Shown in pieces: positions 29,872 through 38,560 of a stretch of DNA of 64,000 nt. Position 1 is the first letter of the stretch. Each line of letters starts with the position of its first letter. Position numbers and translations under genes: made by a program. The notes below the pieces were generated by a model, which was given only the letters and a program-made list of their open reading frames with translations, did no database searches and was not told where the DNA came from. Source of the stretch: an uncultured Veillonellaceae bacterium (GTDB lineage: Bacteria; Bacillota; Negativicutes; JARBTT01); contig CAWDTA010000002.1 of the NCBI GenBank assembly GCA_963805085.1, positions 384,001 through 448,000 of the forward strand, written 5' to 3'.

Positions 29872-31350
29872 TTATTCCTCCAAAATATTGACCACTTTAA
29901 TCATTTTCAAAGTAACATCCGTTGGTCCAACTACCTTCAAGCCAACTTCCTGCATTCGATGGCAATAATCTATGACCTCTTGGCTGATCACTTCACCTGG
30001 ACAGATGATCGGAATGCCTGGTGGATAGAAGGTAATCACTTCGGCACAAATTCTATCTTTCGATTCCCTAAAGGCTATTGTTTTTTTACTGGCAAACAGC
30101 GCTTGGCGTGGCGATAACTTTGCAACTGGTATTACTGGATATACCACGACTTGCGTCTCAATTTTTCCGGCTAAATTACCATGTCTTTCCGCCAACATTT
30201 TTAATGCATTGATAAGCTTTCCTACTTCACTTTTACGATCGGCGTAAGAAATAATAAACAATACATTGTAAACATCGGATAGCTCCGACTGAATACCATA
30301 TTCATGTCGTAAAATATGTTCTGCCTCCGCACCACTTAAACCCAACTTTTTTACCGTCACCGTTAACTTCGTCACATCGAGTGTATATACGCCAGAGGCC
30401 GCCATTTTTTCTGCACCAAAACAATATAGACCAGCGATTTTATTAATTTCTACTCTCGCCCAATTCGCAAGCTCTACTGTCCTAGCCAGCAAAGTTTTGC
30501 CCTCCGTAGCCATCTGCATCCGCGCTACATCCAAAGACGCCATTAACAAATAATTAGGACTTGTCGATTGAACCAAGCTGAGCATTGCCCGCAGCCTCTC
30601 TATATCCACCCGCGCTTTCTTTGCATGAAGCAGGGAACTTTGCGTCATCGAACCAAGAATTTTATGCGTGCTTTGCGCTACAAGATCAGCCCCAGCATCC
30701 AAAGCTTGCATCGGCAGGGCATCGTGGAACTTCAAATGTGGACCATGCGCTTCATCTACGATCAGTAACATATTATGATCATGCACAATGGCAGCAATTT
30801 TTTTTAAATCGGCAGCAACGCCATAATAGGTGGGATGAACCACCAATACTGCTTTTGCATCCAAATGATCGGTCACTGTTTGCGCCACGATCTCCGGGGT
30901 TATTGCCATTGCTATTCCTAATTGTTCATCGATTTCTGGCTGCATAAATACGGGAATTGCTCCACTTAACATAATACCACCAATAACCGAACGATGGGCA
31001 TTGCGCGGTACAAGGATTTTATCACCTGGATTTACCACCGCCAGAATCATCGCCTGAATCGCTCCCGTTGTCCCATTGACAACAAAATAACTTTCATCCG
31101 CTCCATAAAGCTCAGCAGCCAGATCTTGCGCTGCTTTCAGGCATGTTTGTGGCTCGTGTAAATCATCTAACTCTTCCATTAAAGATACTTCCATTGCCAG
31201 ACCGACGTCAGTAATCAGCTCTTTAAACGCAGGATGCATCCCCTTACCTTGCTTATGTCCGGGGGTATGGAAAGCCAAGGCTCCATCGTTAACATACTTA
31301 TGCATAGCAGCCAATAATGGGGTTTCCTGTTGTTTGTATTTCTTCAACAT
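29872..31350 (-). CDS. yaaO: Fold-type I Arg/Lys/Orn decarboxylase (YaaO-like)
   Basis: FHTPGHK, VNGTT, RNAHRS, DEAHG, QSTHK (PLP Lys), STSPNY, YPPGIP. Confidence 0.9.
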   Translation of the reverse strand: MLKKYKQQETPLLAAMHKYVNDGALAFHTPGHKQGKGMHPAFKELITDVGLAMEVSLMEELDDLHEPQTCLKAAQDLAAELYGADESYFVVNGTTGAIQAMILAVVNPGDKILVPRNAHRSVIGGIMLSGAIPVFMQPEIDEQLGIAMAITPEIVAQTVTDHLDAKAVLVVHPTYYGVAADLKKIAAIVHDHNMLLIVDEAHGPHLKFHDALPMQALDAGADLVAQSTHKILGSMTQSSLLHAKKARVDIERLRAMLSLVQSTSPNYLLMASLDVARMQMATEGKTLLARTVELANWARVEINKIAGLYCFGAEKMAASGVYTLDVTKLTVTVKKLGLSGAEAEHILRHEYGIQSELSDVYNVLFIISYADRKSEVGKLINALKMLAERHGNLAGKIETQVVVYPVIPVAKLSPRQALFASKKTIAFRESKDRICAEVITFYPPGIPIICPGEVISQEVIDYCHRMQEVGLKVVGPTDVTLKMIKVVNILEE

Positions 31351-31359
31351 ATTCGCCTC

Positions 31360-32511
31360 TTATCCTTTGTCAACCAAGGGCACTAACACCCGAATTTTTG
31401 TTCCTTGAAAAGCCTTTGTATCAACTAAAAACTGCCCTTTTAAGATCTTGATCCGTTCTTCCATGCCAAGTAACCCATAACAATCCGATTCAGGATGCGT
31501 AGAGTCCACATCTTGAATATTAAACCCACTCCCTGCATCTTCAATCACTACAGATATATATTCACTATTATATTCTATGACAATTTTAGCGACATCTACC
31601 CCAGCATGCTTAGATACATTGTTAAGCGCCTCTTGAATTACCCGAAATAAACTAATTTCAATATGTTTAGCAACTTTGATCTCATCACCAATGACATTAA
31701 AATCAACCCTGAGCCCGACTCTCTGCTCTAATTTATTAATAAAATAATGAATCGTTGCAATCAGACCCAAATCATCTAAGATCATCGGTCTTAAGTCAAA
31801 AATAATTTTCCGTGTTTCGCTCAAACAAATACGGATTTGTTCACGTAGCTCCCTGAGTTCCACTTTAGCTTTTTCGATATCTTTATCGATCAATCGTTCA
31901 CAAGCACTGGAACGATATATCACATTTGCCATCAACTGAGCTGGGCCATCATGTATCTCACGTGATACTCTAAGCCGCTCATCTTCCTGTGCCTTGATAA
32001 CCAGCGGCCCAAATAATTTATCCTGGCTGACATTTTCCATTTGCGACGCCACTTCACTAATTTGCGCTGTTAAATAACCCAAAACAACGCCGACTTGCGA
32101 TACCAGTTGTTTTGCTTTTTCCGCAGTTTTTTGTAATTTTCTTAACCGAATCTCTAAATCATTGCGTTGCTTAATCAGATTTTGTTCTTGCTCATGCATG
32201 ACTGCTAAACGCACCTGTAAATTTTTAGTTTGATCATAACACAACTTAATATCCGCTTCATTATACGTTTGAAAGTTGCCACTTACTTGCATCAGTCGCT
32301 GCCGTGATTGCTTTTCCAGTTTCGTAAGTTCATCTACTTGATTTATCGTTACTTCCAGGGTTTCTTTCATCACATCAATGTCAGTTTGTACGCAGATTAC
32401 TTCATTGCGTGCACCTTCGTAAATTTCAAAAATTTGCGTTTTGCTGTCTTCCATTACCTGCATCGTATTTTTGATTATACTATCCAGCTTTTTTTCATCA
32501 ATGATTGCCAT
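31360..32511 (-). CDS. degS: DegS-type cytoplasmic sensor histidine kinase
   Basis: IFEIYEGARNE coiled coil; QEDERLRVSREIHDGPAQ; DLRPMILDDLGL; QEALNNVSKHA; GLLGMEERI. Confidence 0.88.
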   Translation of the reverse strand: MAIIDEKKLDSIIKNTMQVMEDSKTQIFEIYEGARNEVICVQTDIDVMKETLEVTINQVDELTKLEKQSRQRLMQVSGNFQTYNEADIKLCYDQTKNLQVRLAVMHEQEQNLIKQRNDLEIRLRKLQKTAEKAKQLVSQVGVVLGYLTAQISEVASQMENVSQDKLFGPLVIKAQEDERLRVSREIHDGPAQLMANVIYRSSACERLIDKDIEKAKVELRELREQIRICLSETRKIIFDLRPMILDDLGLIATIHYFINKLEQRVGLRVDFNVIGDEIKVAKHIEISLFRVIQEALNNVSKHAGVDVAKIVIEYNSEYISVVIEDAGSGFNIQDVDSTHPESDCYGLLGMEERIKILKGQFLVDTKAFQGTKIRVLVPLVDKG

Positions 32512-32569
32512 AATTATCATCCTTAATAATTTGTATTTCTGCTAACCGTATCCATCTTTCTTCTTTTTG

Positions 32570-32597
32570 ATTCGCTAAAAAAGTTAAAAACACCTGC
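32570..32597 (-). promoter_or_regulatory. SigH-like promoter of degS
   Basis: GCAGGTGTT-N15-GAAT. Confidence 0.4.
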
Positions 32598-32617
32598 AAT
32601 AATTTTTCTATTGCTAG

Positions 32618-32748
32618 TTATCAACAAAATATTATGTTGTGGATAACTCCTTATCCACATGAATTAAGGTTTATTTTTCTACATAAACTCACATTATAAC
32701 GGTAGTTATCCACAATTTTATCCAGAATGTTAATAAAAAAGTGGATAA
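32618..32748. promoter_or_regulatory. DnaA-box cluster
   Basis: TTATCAACA 32618, TGTGGATAA 32638, TTATCCACA 32651, TTATCCACA 32706, TTATCCAGA 32718, TGTTAATAA 32728, AGTGGATAA 32740. Confidence 0.85.
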
Positions 32749-32750
32749 CT

Positions 32751-32784
32751 TAAAAAGTCTGTCCCCAAAAGGACAGACTTTTTA
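32751..32784 (-). terminator. Terminator after ldc
   Basis: taaaaagtctgtcc-ccaaaa-ggacagacttttta. Confidence 0.8.
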
Positions 32785-32793
32785 TCAATATAT

Positions 32794-33933
32794 TTATTTT
32801 TCCGTCAAAATTTTGACATCTTCCCAGACAATCATTGGCGTTTTCGCAAAACCATTAAATTCTGTTGCGGATGCAGAAGTATAAGCACCACAATTTGGCA
32901 CGAGCAATACATCGCCAATTTCAAGATCGACACTCATTTTGTCTTTAAATAAGACATCAATCGAATCACAACTTGGGCCAGCAAACGTAACTGGTTTTTT
33001 CTCCCCATCTTTAAATGGATCGAGTTCAAAATCCCAATGGTCAAAGATAATGCCCGAGAAACAACCATATACGCCTTCATCTAAGAAGTACCATTCTTGA
33101 TTATTTCTTTGGTGGGTTCCAATGACACTTGTAATCAAGTTCACTGCCGTACCACAAAGGTAACGACCCGGTTCTGCCCAGATTTCCGTATGAGGAAAAA
33201 GTTCATCTAGCTTTTCCCCAATTCCTTTGGCTATACTAAGTACGTCAACTTCAGTTTCTAACGTTGGAATCGGTAATCCTCCACCGATATCCAAAATTCG
33301 AAGATCAAAGCCTTCCTGCTCTGCTTCATCATATAGCTTACGACAAATGTTCAATGCTTCTATATGAGCTTCAGCTGTTGGTGATTGACTTCCTACATGA
33401 AAACATAAGCCGCCAACATCGAGCCCTTGATCACGTGCTATTTTTAATAACTTAATCGCATCCTCTGGAGCTGCGCCAAATTTTTTATTCAGATCAACCA
33501 ATGCTTTCGGATTGTCCACACGAATCCGCAGTAATACCATACCGCCTGGTATCGTTTGTGCCATCTTATAGATTTCGCTTTCACTATCAAAAGTAAATTT
33601 ATTTACACCCGTATTTTTAGCTACTGCAAGGCCTTTTGGCGTTTTAAATGGATTCGCATAAACCATACGGTCAGCTGAAATTCCCATTTCTGTTAACTGT
33701 AACATTTCACCGTCAGAAGCTACATCAAAATGCGACCCTAACTCAGCTAACTTTTGCACAATCCGCGCATTTGGATTTGCCTTTACCGCATAAAACACCT
33801 TAACTTTAGGCAAAACTTTTGCTAAAAATTGGTAGTTATACGTAACTTGTTCCAAGGACACCACGAGCAACGGAGTTGTATACTCCTCAGCTAGGTGGTT
33901 CACTACATCTTTTGTTAGTCGAAAACTTTTCAT
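32794..33933 (-). CDS. ldc: Fold-type III lysine/ornithine decarboxylase (Selenomonas Ldc-like)
   Basis: FYAVKAN, FDVASDGE, KFGA, FHVGSQ, DIGGG, EPGRY, GPSCD; MKSFRL start resembles S. ruminantium Ldc as I recall it. Confidence 0.88.
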   Translation of the reverse strand: MKSFRLTKDVVNHLAEEYTTPLLVVSLEQVTYNYQFLAKVLPKVKVFYAVKANPNARIVQKLAELGSHFDVASDGEMLQLTEMGISADRMVYANPFKTPKGLAVAKNTGVNKFTFDSESEIYKMAQTIPGGMVLLRIRVDNPKALVDLNKKFGAAPEDAIKLLKIARDQGLDVGGLCFHVGSQSPTAEAHIEALNICRKLYDEAEQEGFDLRILDIGGGLPIPTLETEVDVLSIAKGIGEKLDELFPHTEIWAEPGRYLCGTAVNLITSVIGTHQRNNQEWYFLDEGVYGCFSGIIFDHWDFELDPFKDGEKKPVTFAGPSCDSIDVLFKDKMSVDLEIGDVLLVPNCGAYTSASATEFNGFAKTPMIVWEDVKILTEK

Positions 33934-34185
33934 ATCCCTCTCCCATTCTACTTTTAAAATTTTATACTGATACAATTATTTTGTTATATCGTTATGTATT
34001 ATTTCCCGTTAAACGGGAAAATCCTGCAAAAACTTTAAGATAATCTATAAAACATTTTATGGCAAAAGTATTTTGTAGGGAAATTCACGATAAAAATCAC
34101 AAAAGCTAACAATACGCCTTATAAAATCATGTTATCTTTCCTATTTTTATCATTGTGTATTGTTAGCTATTTGTTCTAATACTAC

Positions 34186-34545
34186 CTACCTTCTCGGATA
34201 GCAGCCATACCCGTAAAAGCCATAACCATAATTAAATCCATACGGGCGACAATAGTTCCCATACCCACTATAATAAAGATATGGATAACAACCATGTCTT
34301 GGTGCACAATGATAATTACCATATCCATACGGATGGCATACACCTTTCCTTGGGCTGCACACACCAAACCCGTATGGCATTGGATAACATCCTTTTTGAT
34401 AAGTACCCACTACCACGCGCTCACCGTCACAGCCCTCAGATTCCTCGCAGTAATCCTCAGATTCCTCGCTGTAGTCCTCTTGGAAATCTTCTATCTCTGG
34501 CTGTTCCCATTTGGGCTTTTTATCGTCTTCATGCTTATTTGTCAT
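34186..34545 (-). CDS. Small Cys/Tyr/Gly-rich protein with seven C-x-P motifs (spore protein or RiPP-like precursor)
   Basis: GAGGTG RBS before ATG 34545; acidic N-half, C-x-P/YG repeat C-half; SigK-like promoter. Confidence 0.75.
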   Translation of the reverse strand: MTNKHEDDKKPKWEQPEIEDFQEDYSEESEDYCEESEGCDGERVVVGTYQKGCYPMPYGFGVCSPRKGVCHPYGYGNYHCAPRHGCYPYLYYSGYGNYCRPYGFNYGYGFYGYGCYPRR

Positions 34546-34588
34546 ATGACACACCTCACTTATAAAATACAGAATCAACACCTACTGC

Positions 34589-34616
34589 ATCATATGAAGC
34601 AAAACTACATTCAGTG
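34589..34616 (-). promoter_or_regulatory. SigK-like promoter
   Basis: CACT-N16-CATATGAT. Confidence 0.55.
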
Positions 34617-34686
34617 AACCATTTTTGAAAGATAACAAACGGACTCTAGCGCCACATACCATATTCACTGCGGTTACTCTAGCAAA

Positions 34687-35529
34687 CTAACCATGTACCA
34701 GTAGCCCATTTAAAATCAAGGCAAGATGGGTAATCTTACTGTTAAAATAAACGTCCAGCAGTAAAGAAAACACAAAAGCCACTGCAACAAAGCTGGCAGC
34801 CCACCCCACAGACGACACCTTATCGAACATACTCACCATCCCGCTATTTCTACGTGGAGACACAGTTTTCATCGGTATCGGCAGTAACGCTGGCTTAGCC
34901 TCGCATGGCACAGGATACTGTTTTGTTTCATTGATCTGGTCACGAATTTTTTCAAATTCCAAATCAGCAAACTCTAGAAGTCCAGCCAGTCTCGAAAAAT
35001 GCCGGCGTGTTTCATCCGTAACATTGGCTTGATTCTTGTACTCTAAATCATGCTCAATTTCAGCCCAGGCATGTTGCAAAATAGACCGGATTTGAATTTC
35101 TACTTTACACTCTTTGAACTGCTCATATTCAGGCAATTTAGCCTGCTCAGCAGATAGATTTACAATCAAATGTAACGATAAGTAGCCAAAACGATCTGGC
35201 GCCAACATCTTTCGTTTATCTACAGAATTGTCTTCGTCAACACAAAATTCTTGGCGAATGAGCTTTGCCACTTGATCAATCTGATCTTCATAATACGTAA
35301 TAATGCGAATGCCCACTAAATCAGTAATTTTTTCTAAATGATCATATTTATGCCCAGCATTGGCAACTTTATTTTCTAAACTATCTTTTGTTTTTGTTCG
35401 ACTAGCGACTGAATGGATTGGTATATTTTGTTTATGTAAAATAAGTTCCACTAAGGATTTCATTTTATCCGTAAAAGTTTGATAAAAAGTATACTGTTCT
35501 TCATATTTTTCGATTATTTCTGTATTCAT
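34687..35529 (-). CDS. Small alarmone synthetase (RelA/SpoT SYNTH domain only) with C-terminal hydrophobic helix
   Basis: RTKTKDSLENK, DLVGIRI, GYLSLH, EIQIRS, QHAWAEIEH; AGGAGG RBS. Confidence 0.88.
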   Translation of the reverse strand: MNTEIIEKYEEQYTFYQTFTDKMKSLVELILHKQNIPIHSVASRTKTKDSLENKVANAGHKYDHLEKITDLVGIRIITYYEDQIDQVAKLIRQEFCVDEDNSVDKRKMLAPDRFGYLSLHLIVNLSAEQAKLPEYEQFKECKVEIQIRSILQHAWAEIEHDLEYKNQANVTDETRRHFSRLAGLLEFADLEFEKIRDQINETKQYPVPCEAKPALLPIPMKTVSPRRNSGMVSMFDKVSSVGWAASFVAVAFVFSLLLDVYFNSKITHLALILNGLLVHG

Positions 35530-35640
35530 CTCTTGCCTCCTGTAAAACGCCATTTTTATCTAGCGAATATAACTGATGAAATCAATCAAAAGCGTATAGA
35601 GCGCTTTGTTAAACTATCTATATCGTAAGCATACTGCTCA

Positions 35641-35684
35641 TTTATGAAATATTTATGAAAAATTCATGAAGTTTTTATGACAAA
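35641..35684. promoter_or_regulatory. Four 11-bp direct repeats, putative regulator binding array
   Basis: tttatgaaata/tttatgaaaaa/ttcatgaagtt/tttatgacaaa, next to a TATGCT -10-like hexamer on the minus strand. Confidence 0.55.
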
Positions 35685-35794
35685 AAAATAGTTTGTTGCA
35701 TCTTTTTATCCCTATTGTGAGAAAACCTTCTTTAATATAGTAAAAAAAAGCCGTTGCAGATTTACAACGGCTCTTTTGCTATACTAGCTTTCAA

Positions 35795-36625
35795 TTAAAA
35801 TGCAGGTAAAATTGCACCTTTGTATTTTTCATTGATGAATTTTTTTACTTCTTCAGATTGCATTGCTTTTACAAGTTTTTGAATTTCAGGACGATTTTCA
35901 TCACCTTGGCGAGCAACTAGGATATTTACATATGGAGAATCGCTTTGTTCAATGAATAACGCATCTTTTGAAGGTACTAATTTTGCTTCAAGTGCGTAGT
36001 TGGTATTGATCACTGCGATTGTTACATCGTCTAAAGAACGAGGAATCTGCGCAGCTTCTAATTCTTTGAAATTCAATTTTTTAGAATTTTGTACCACATC
36101 AGCAACAGTACCGTTGATCCCTACACCATCTTTTAATGTGATTAATCCTGCTTTTACTAAAAGTGCTAAAGCACGCCCACCATTTGTTGGATCATTCGGA
36201 ATAGCTACGGAACTGCCTTCTGCAAGTTCATCAAGTTTTTTAATCTTTTTAGAATAAACGCCCATTGGTTCAATATGAATACCAGCAACACTAACTAGCT
36301 TTAAGTTACGTTCTGCACAAAATTTTTCTAAGTAAGGCGTATGTTGGAAGAAGTTAGCATCCAACTCTTTATCAGACACTGCTAAGTTTGGTTGCACATA
36401 ATCGCTAAATTCCACGATTTGTAAATCAATCCCTTCTTTTGCAAGCAAAGGTTTTACAACTTCTAAAATTTCAGCATGCGGTACTGCAGTAGCACCAACT
36501 TTTAATACTGTTTTTGCGGAATTATCTGCCCCTTTATCCGCTGCTGGCGCTTCCGATTTGCCACAACCTGCTACGGCAAATACCACCATTAATAAAGTAA
36601 CAAGCACTAAACTAATTTTTTTCAT
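35795..36625 (-). CDS. metQ: Methionine ABC transporter lipoprotein MetQ/NlpA
   Basis: Lipobox VAGC; VGATAVPHAEIL, DANFFQH, IPNDPTNGGRAL. Confidence 0.93.
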   Translation of the reverse strand: MKKISLVLVTLLMVVFAVAGCGKSEAPAADKGADNSAKTVLKVGATAVPHAEILEVVKPLLAKEGIDLQIVEFSDYVQPNLAVSDKELDANFFQHTPYLEKFCAERNLKLVSVAGIHIEPMGVYSKKIKKLDELAEGSSVAIPNDPTNGGRALALLVKAGLITLKDGVGINGTVADVVQNSKKLNFKELEAAQIPRSLDDVTIAVINTNYALEAKLVPSKDALFIEQSDSPYVNILVARQGDENRPEIQKLVKAMQSEEVKKFINEKYKGAILPAF

Positions 36626-36646
36626 TGTTTTTACCCCCATTTAAAA

Positions 36647-36779
36647 TTTATCCGATGACTAACCCGCTCTAATACTCCCGTCTTTTTCAAGCGAGAATAA
36701 AGAACGGCTAAGCCCCTGGATTCTTCCGACTAAGGTTCAGATGGAGTTAAAATTCCACCTAAACCAAGTCTTCATTTAT
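36647..36779. repeat. Structured ~133-bp element A bounded by TTTAT direct repeats (bcr1-like)
   Basis: TTTAT at 36647 and 36775; two imperfect hairpins; homologous to 39405-39531. Confidence 0.8.
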
Positions 36780-36854
36780 CGAAAGACAAAATAGGTCTAT
36801 CCCCACTTTAAATAAGCATAAGAACCTCTTTGTCCTTAGATTACAATATCATTT

Positions 36855-37508
36855 TTATCGTTTATTCAATTTATTAGCAACATAATCACCGAGAGATTGT
36901 ACCAACTGCACCTGAATAATCAAAATAACAACGGTTGCCAGCATCACATCACCACGGAAACGTTGATAGCCATAGCGAATTGCTAAATCCCCCAAGCCAC
37001 CGCCGCCGATAGCTCCAGCCATCGCCGAGTAACCAATTAAACTAATCACCGTAATTGTCAGCCCCGAAATGAGCGAAGGCATTGCTTCGGGAATCAGCAC
37101 ATGGCAAATGATTTGCATTGGTGTTGCCCCCATCGATTTGGCTGCTTCGATAACACCATACTCTACTTCTTTTAATGAAGTTTCAACTAAACGACCCACA
37201 AAAGGAATAGCCGCAAGTGTAAGCGGTACGATTGCTGCATTCGTACCAATAGATGTACCAACGATCACTCTTGTAATTGGAATTATTGCTACCATTAAAA
37301 TAATGAAGGGTGTAGAACGCGCTGCATTGGCAACCGCGCCTAAAACACGATTCAACGCTAAATTCTCTAAGATATGCCCCTTATCGGTTGTTACCAAAAT
37401 AACTCCCAATGGAATACCGACTAGCGCGGAAATGAGGGACGATATAAATACCATATAAGTTGTTTCGCCAAGTGCCTTAACGAGCAATATGATCATGTCT
37501 TCCGACAT
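36855..37508 (-). CDS. metI: Methionine ABC transporter permease
   Basis: RSTPFIIL, EAAKSMGA, GYSAMAGAIGGGGLGDLAIRYGYQRF. Confidence 0.95.
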   Translation of the reverse strand: MSEDMIILLVKALGETTYMVFISSLISALVGIPLGVILVTTDKGHILENLALNRVLGAVANAARSTPFIILMVAIIPITRVIVGTSIGTNAAIVPLTLAAIPFVGRLVETSLKEVEYGVIEAAKSMGATPMQIICHVLIPEAMPSLISGLTITVISLIGYSAMAGAIGGGGLGDLAIRYGYQRFRGDVMLATVVILIIQVQLVQSLGDYVANKLNKR

Positions 37509-38535
37509 AGCCAATCACCTCAATTCCTAAGTTTCTCTCTTGTAAATATTTTAAGGAGTTTTCAATATCCCCATCTCCACCAGTGATTTCAAGGACAAGT
37601 GTCCCGTAAGGCGTAGATTTAATATGATCCACATTACCATAAATAATATTGGCATCCACATTAAATCTACGAATCAAGCCTGAAATAACCGGTTCATCGG
37701 CTGATGATCCGATAAAAGATAAACGCACAAGTAAGCTGCTATCTGGAATTGGCGTTGGTGATATTTCGGCATCTTTAAACGCCTCTGGTATATCATGGTT
37801 GATTATAACACTAATAAATTCTTTGGTAATCGCAGCTTTTGGATTGGTAAATACCTCAAGTACCGTACCTTCCTCGGCGATAACACCTTTTTCAATAACC
37901 GCAACTTTATCACAAATTTCTTTGATGACTTGCATCTCATGTGTAATCAATACCACAGTTAATTGTAACTTTTGATTGATATCTTTAATCAATGCAAGAA
38001 TCGACTTTGTGGTTTGTGGATCAAGCGCTGAGGTAGCTTCATCGCAAAGTAATACTTTTGGATTACTCGCAAGCGCTCTAGCGATACCAACACGTTGTTT
38101 TTGACCACCAGAGAGCTGCGCTGGATATTGGTCGCGTTTATCCGTAAGACCAACAAGTTCCAATAATGGCGCAACCGTTTTTTCTATATCAGCTTTACTT
38201 TTACCAATCAATTTTAATGGAAATGCAATATTATCATAGACCGTTGCCGATGAAAGCAAATTAAAATGTTGGAATATCATCCCAATATTTTTACGGGCTG
38301 CTCTAAGTTCGGTAGCATTCATCGCTGTTAAATCTTGTCCATCAACAACTACCGTCCCTTGGGTTGGGCTTTCTAGCATGTTAATGCAACGGATCAAAGT
38401 ACTCTTCCCAGCACCACTAAGTCCGATCACTCCATAAATTTCACCACGTTCTACATGAAGATCTATACCTTTGATCGCATGAACTGGGCCGGACGCACCC
38501 TCATAAGTTTTTTCTATATTAGAAAGTTTAATCAC
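37477..38535 (-). CDS. metN: Methionine ABC transporter ATPase
   Basis: GLSGAGKS, LSGGQKQR, CDEATSALDP; C-terminal NIL domain. Confidence 0.95.
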   Translation of the reverse strand: MIKLSNIEKTYEGASGPVHAIKGIDLHVERGEIYGVIGLSGAGKSTLIRCINMLESPTQGTVVVDGQDLTAMNATELRAARKNIGMIFQHFNLLSSATVYDNIAFPLKLIGKSKADIEKTVAPLLELVGLTDKRDQYPAQLSGGQKQRVGIARALASNPKVLLCDEATSALDPQTTKSILALIKDINQKLQLTVVLITHEMQVIKEICDKVAVIEKGVIAEEGTVLEVFTNPKAAITKEFISVIINHDIPEAFKDAEISPTPIPDSSLLVRLSFIGSSADEPVISGLIRRFNVDANIIYGNVDHIKSTPYGTLVLEITGGDGDIENSLKYLQERNLGIEVIGYVGRHDHIAR

Positions 38536-38560
38536 TGACTTTCACTACTCCTTTAAACAG

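Noticed and set aside
32618-32748. Calling the DnaA-box cluster oriC
   Set aside because: No dnaA or dnaN nearby and gene strand bias does not switch across it; kept as a non-origin cluster.
34182-34617. ORFs 34182..34367, 34281..34565, 34294..34617
   Set aside because: Shadow frames of the C-x-P peptide gene, which has the RBS and promoter.
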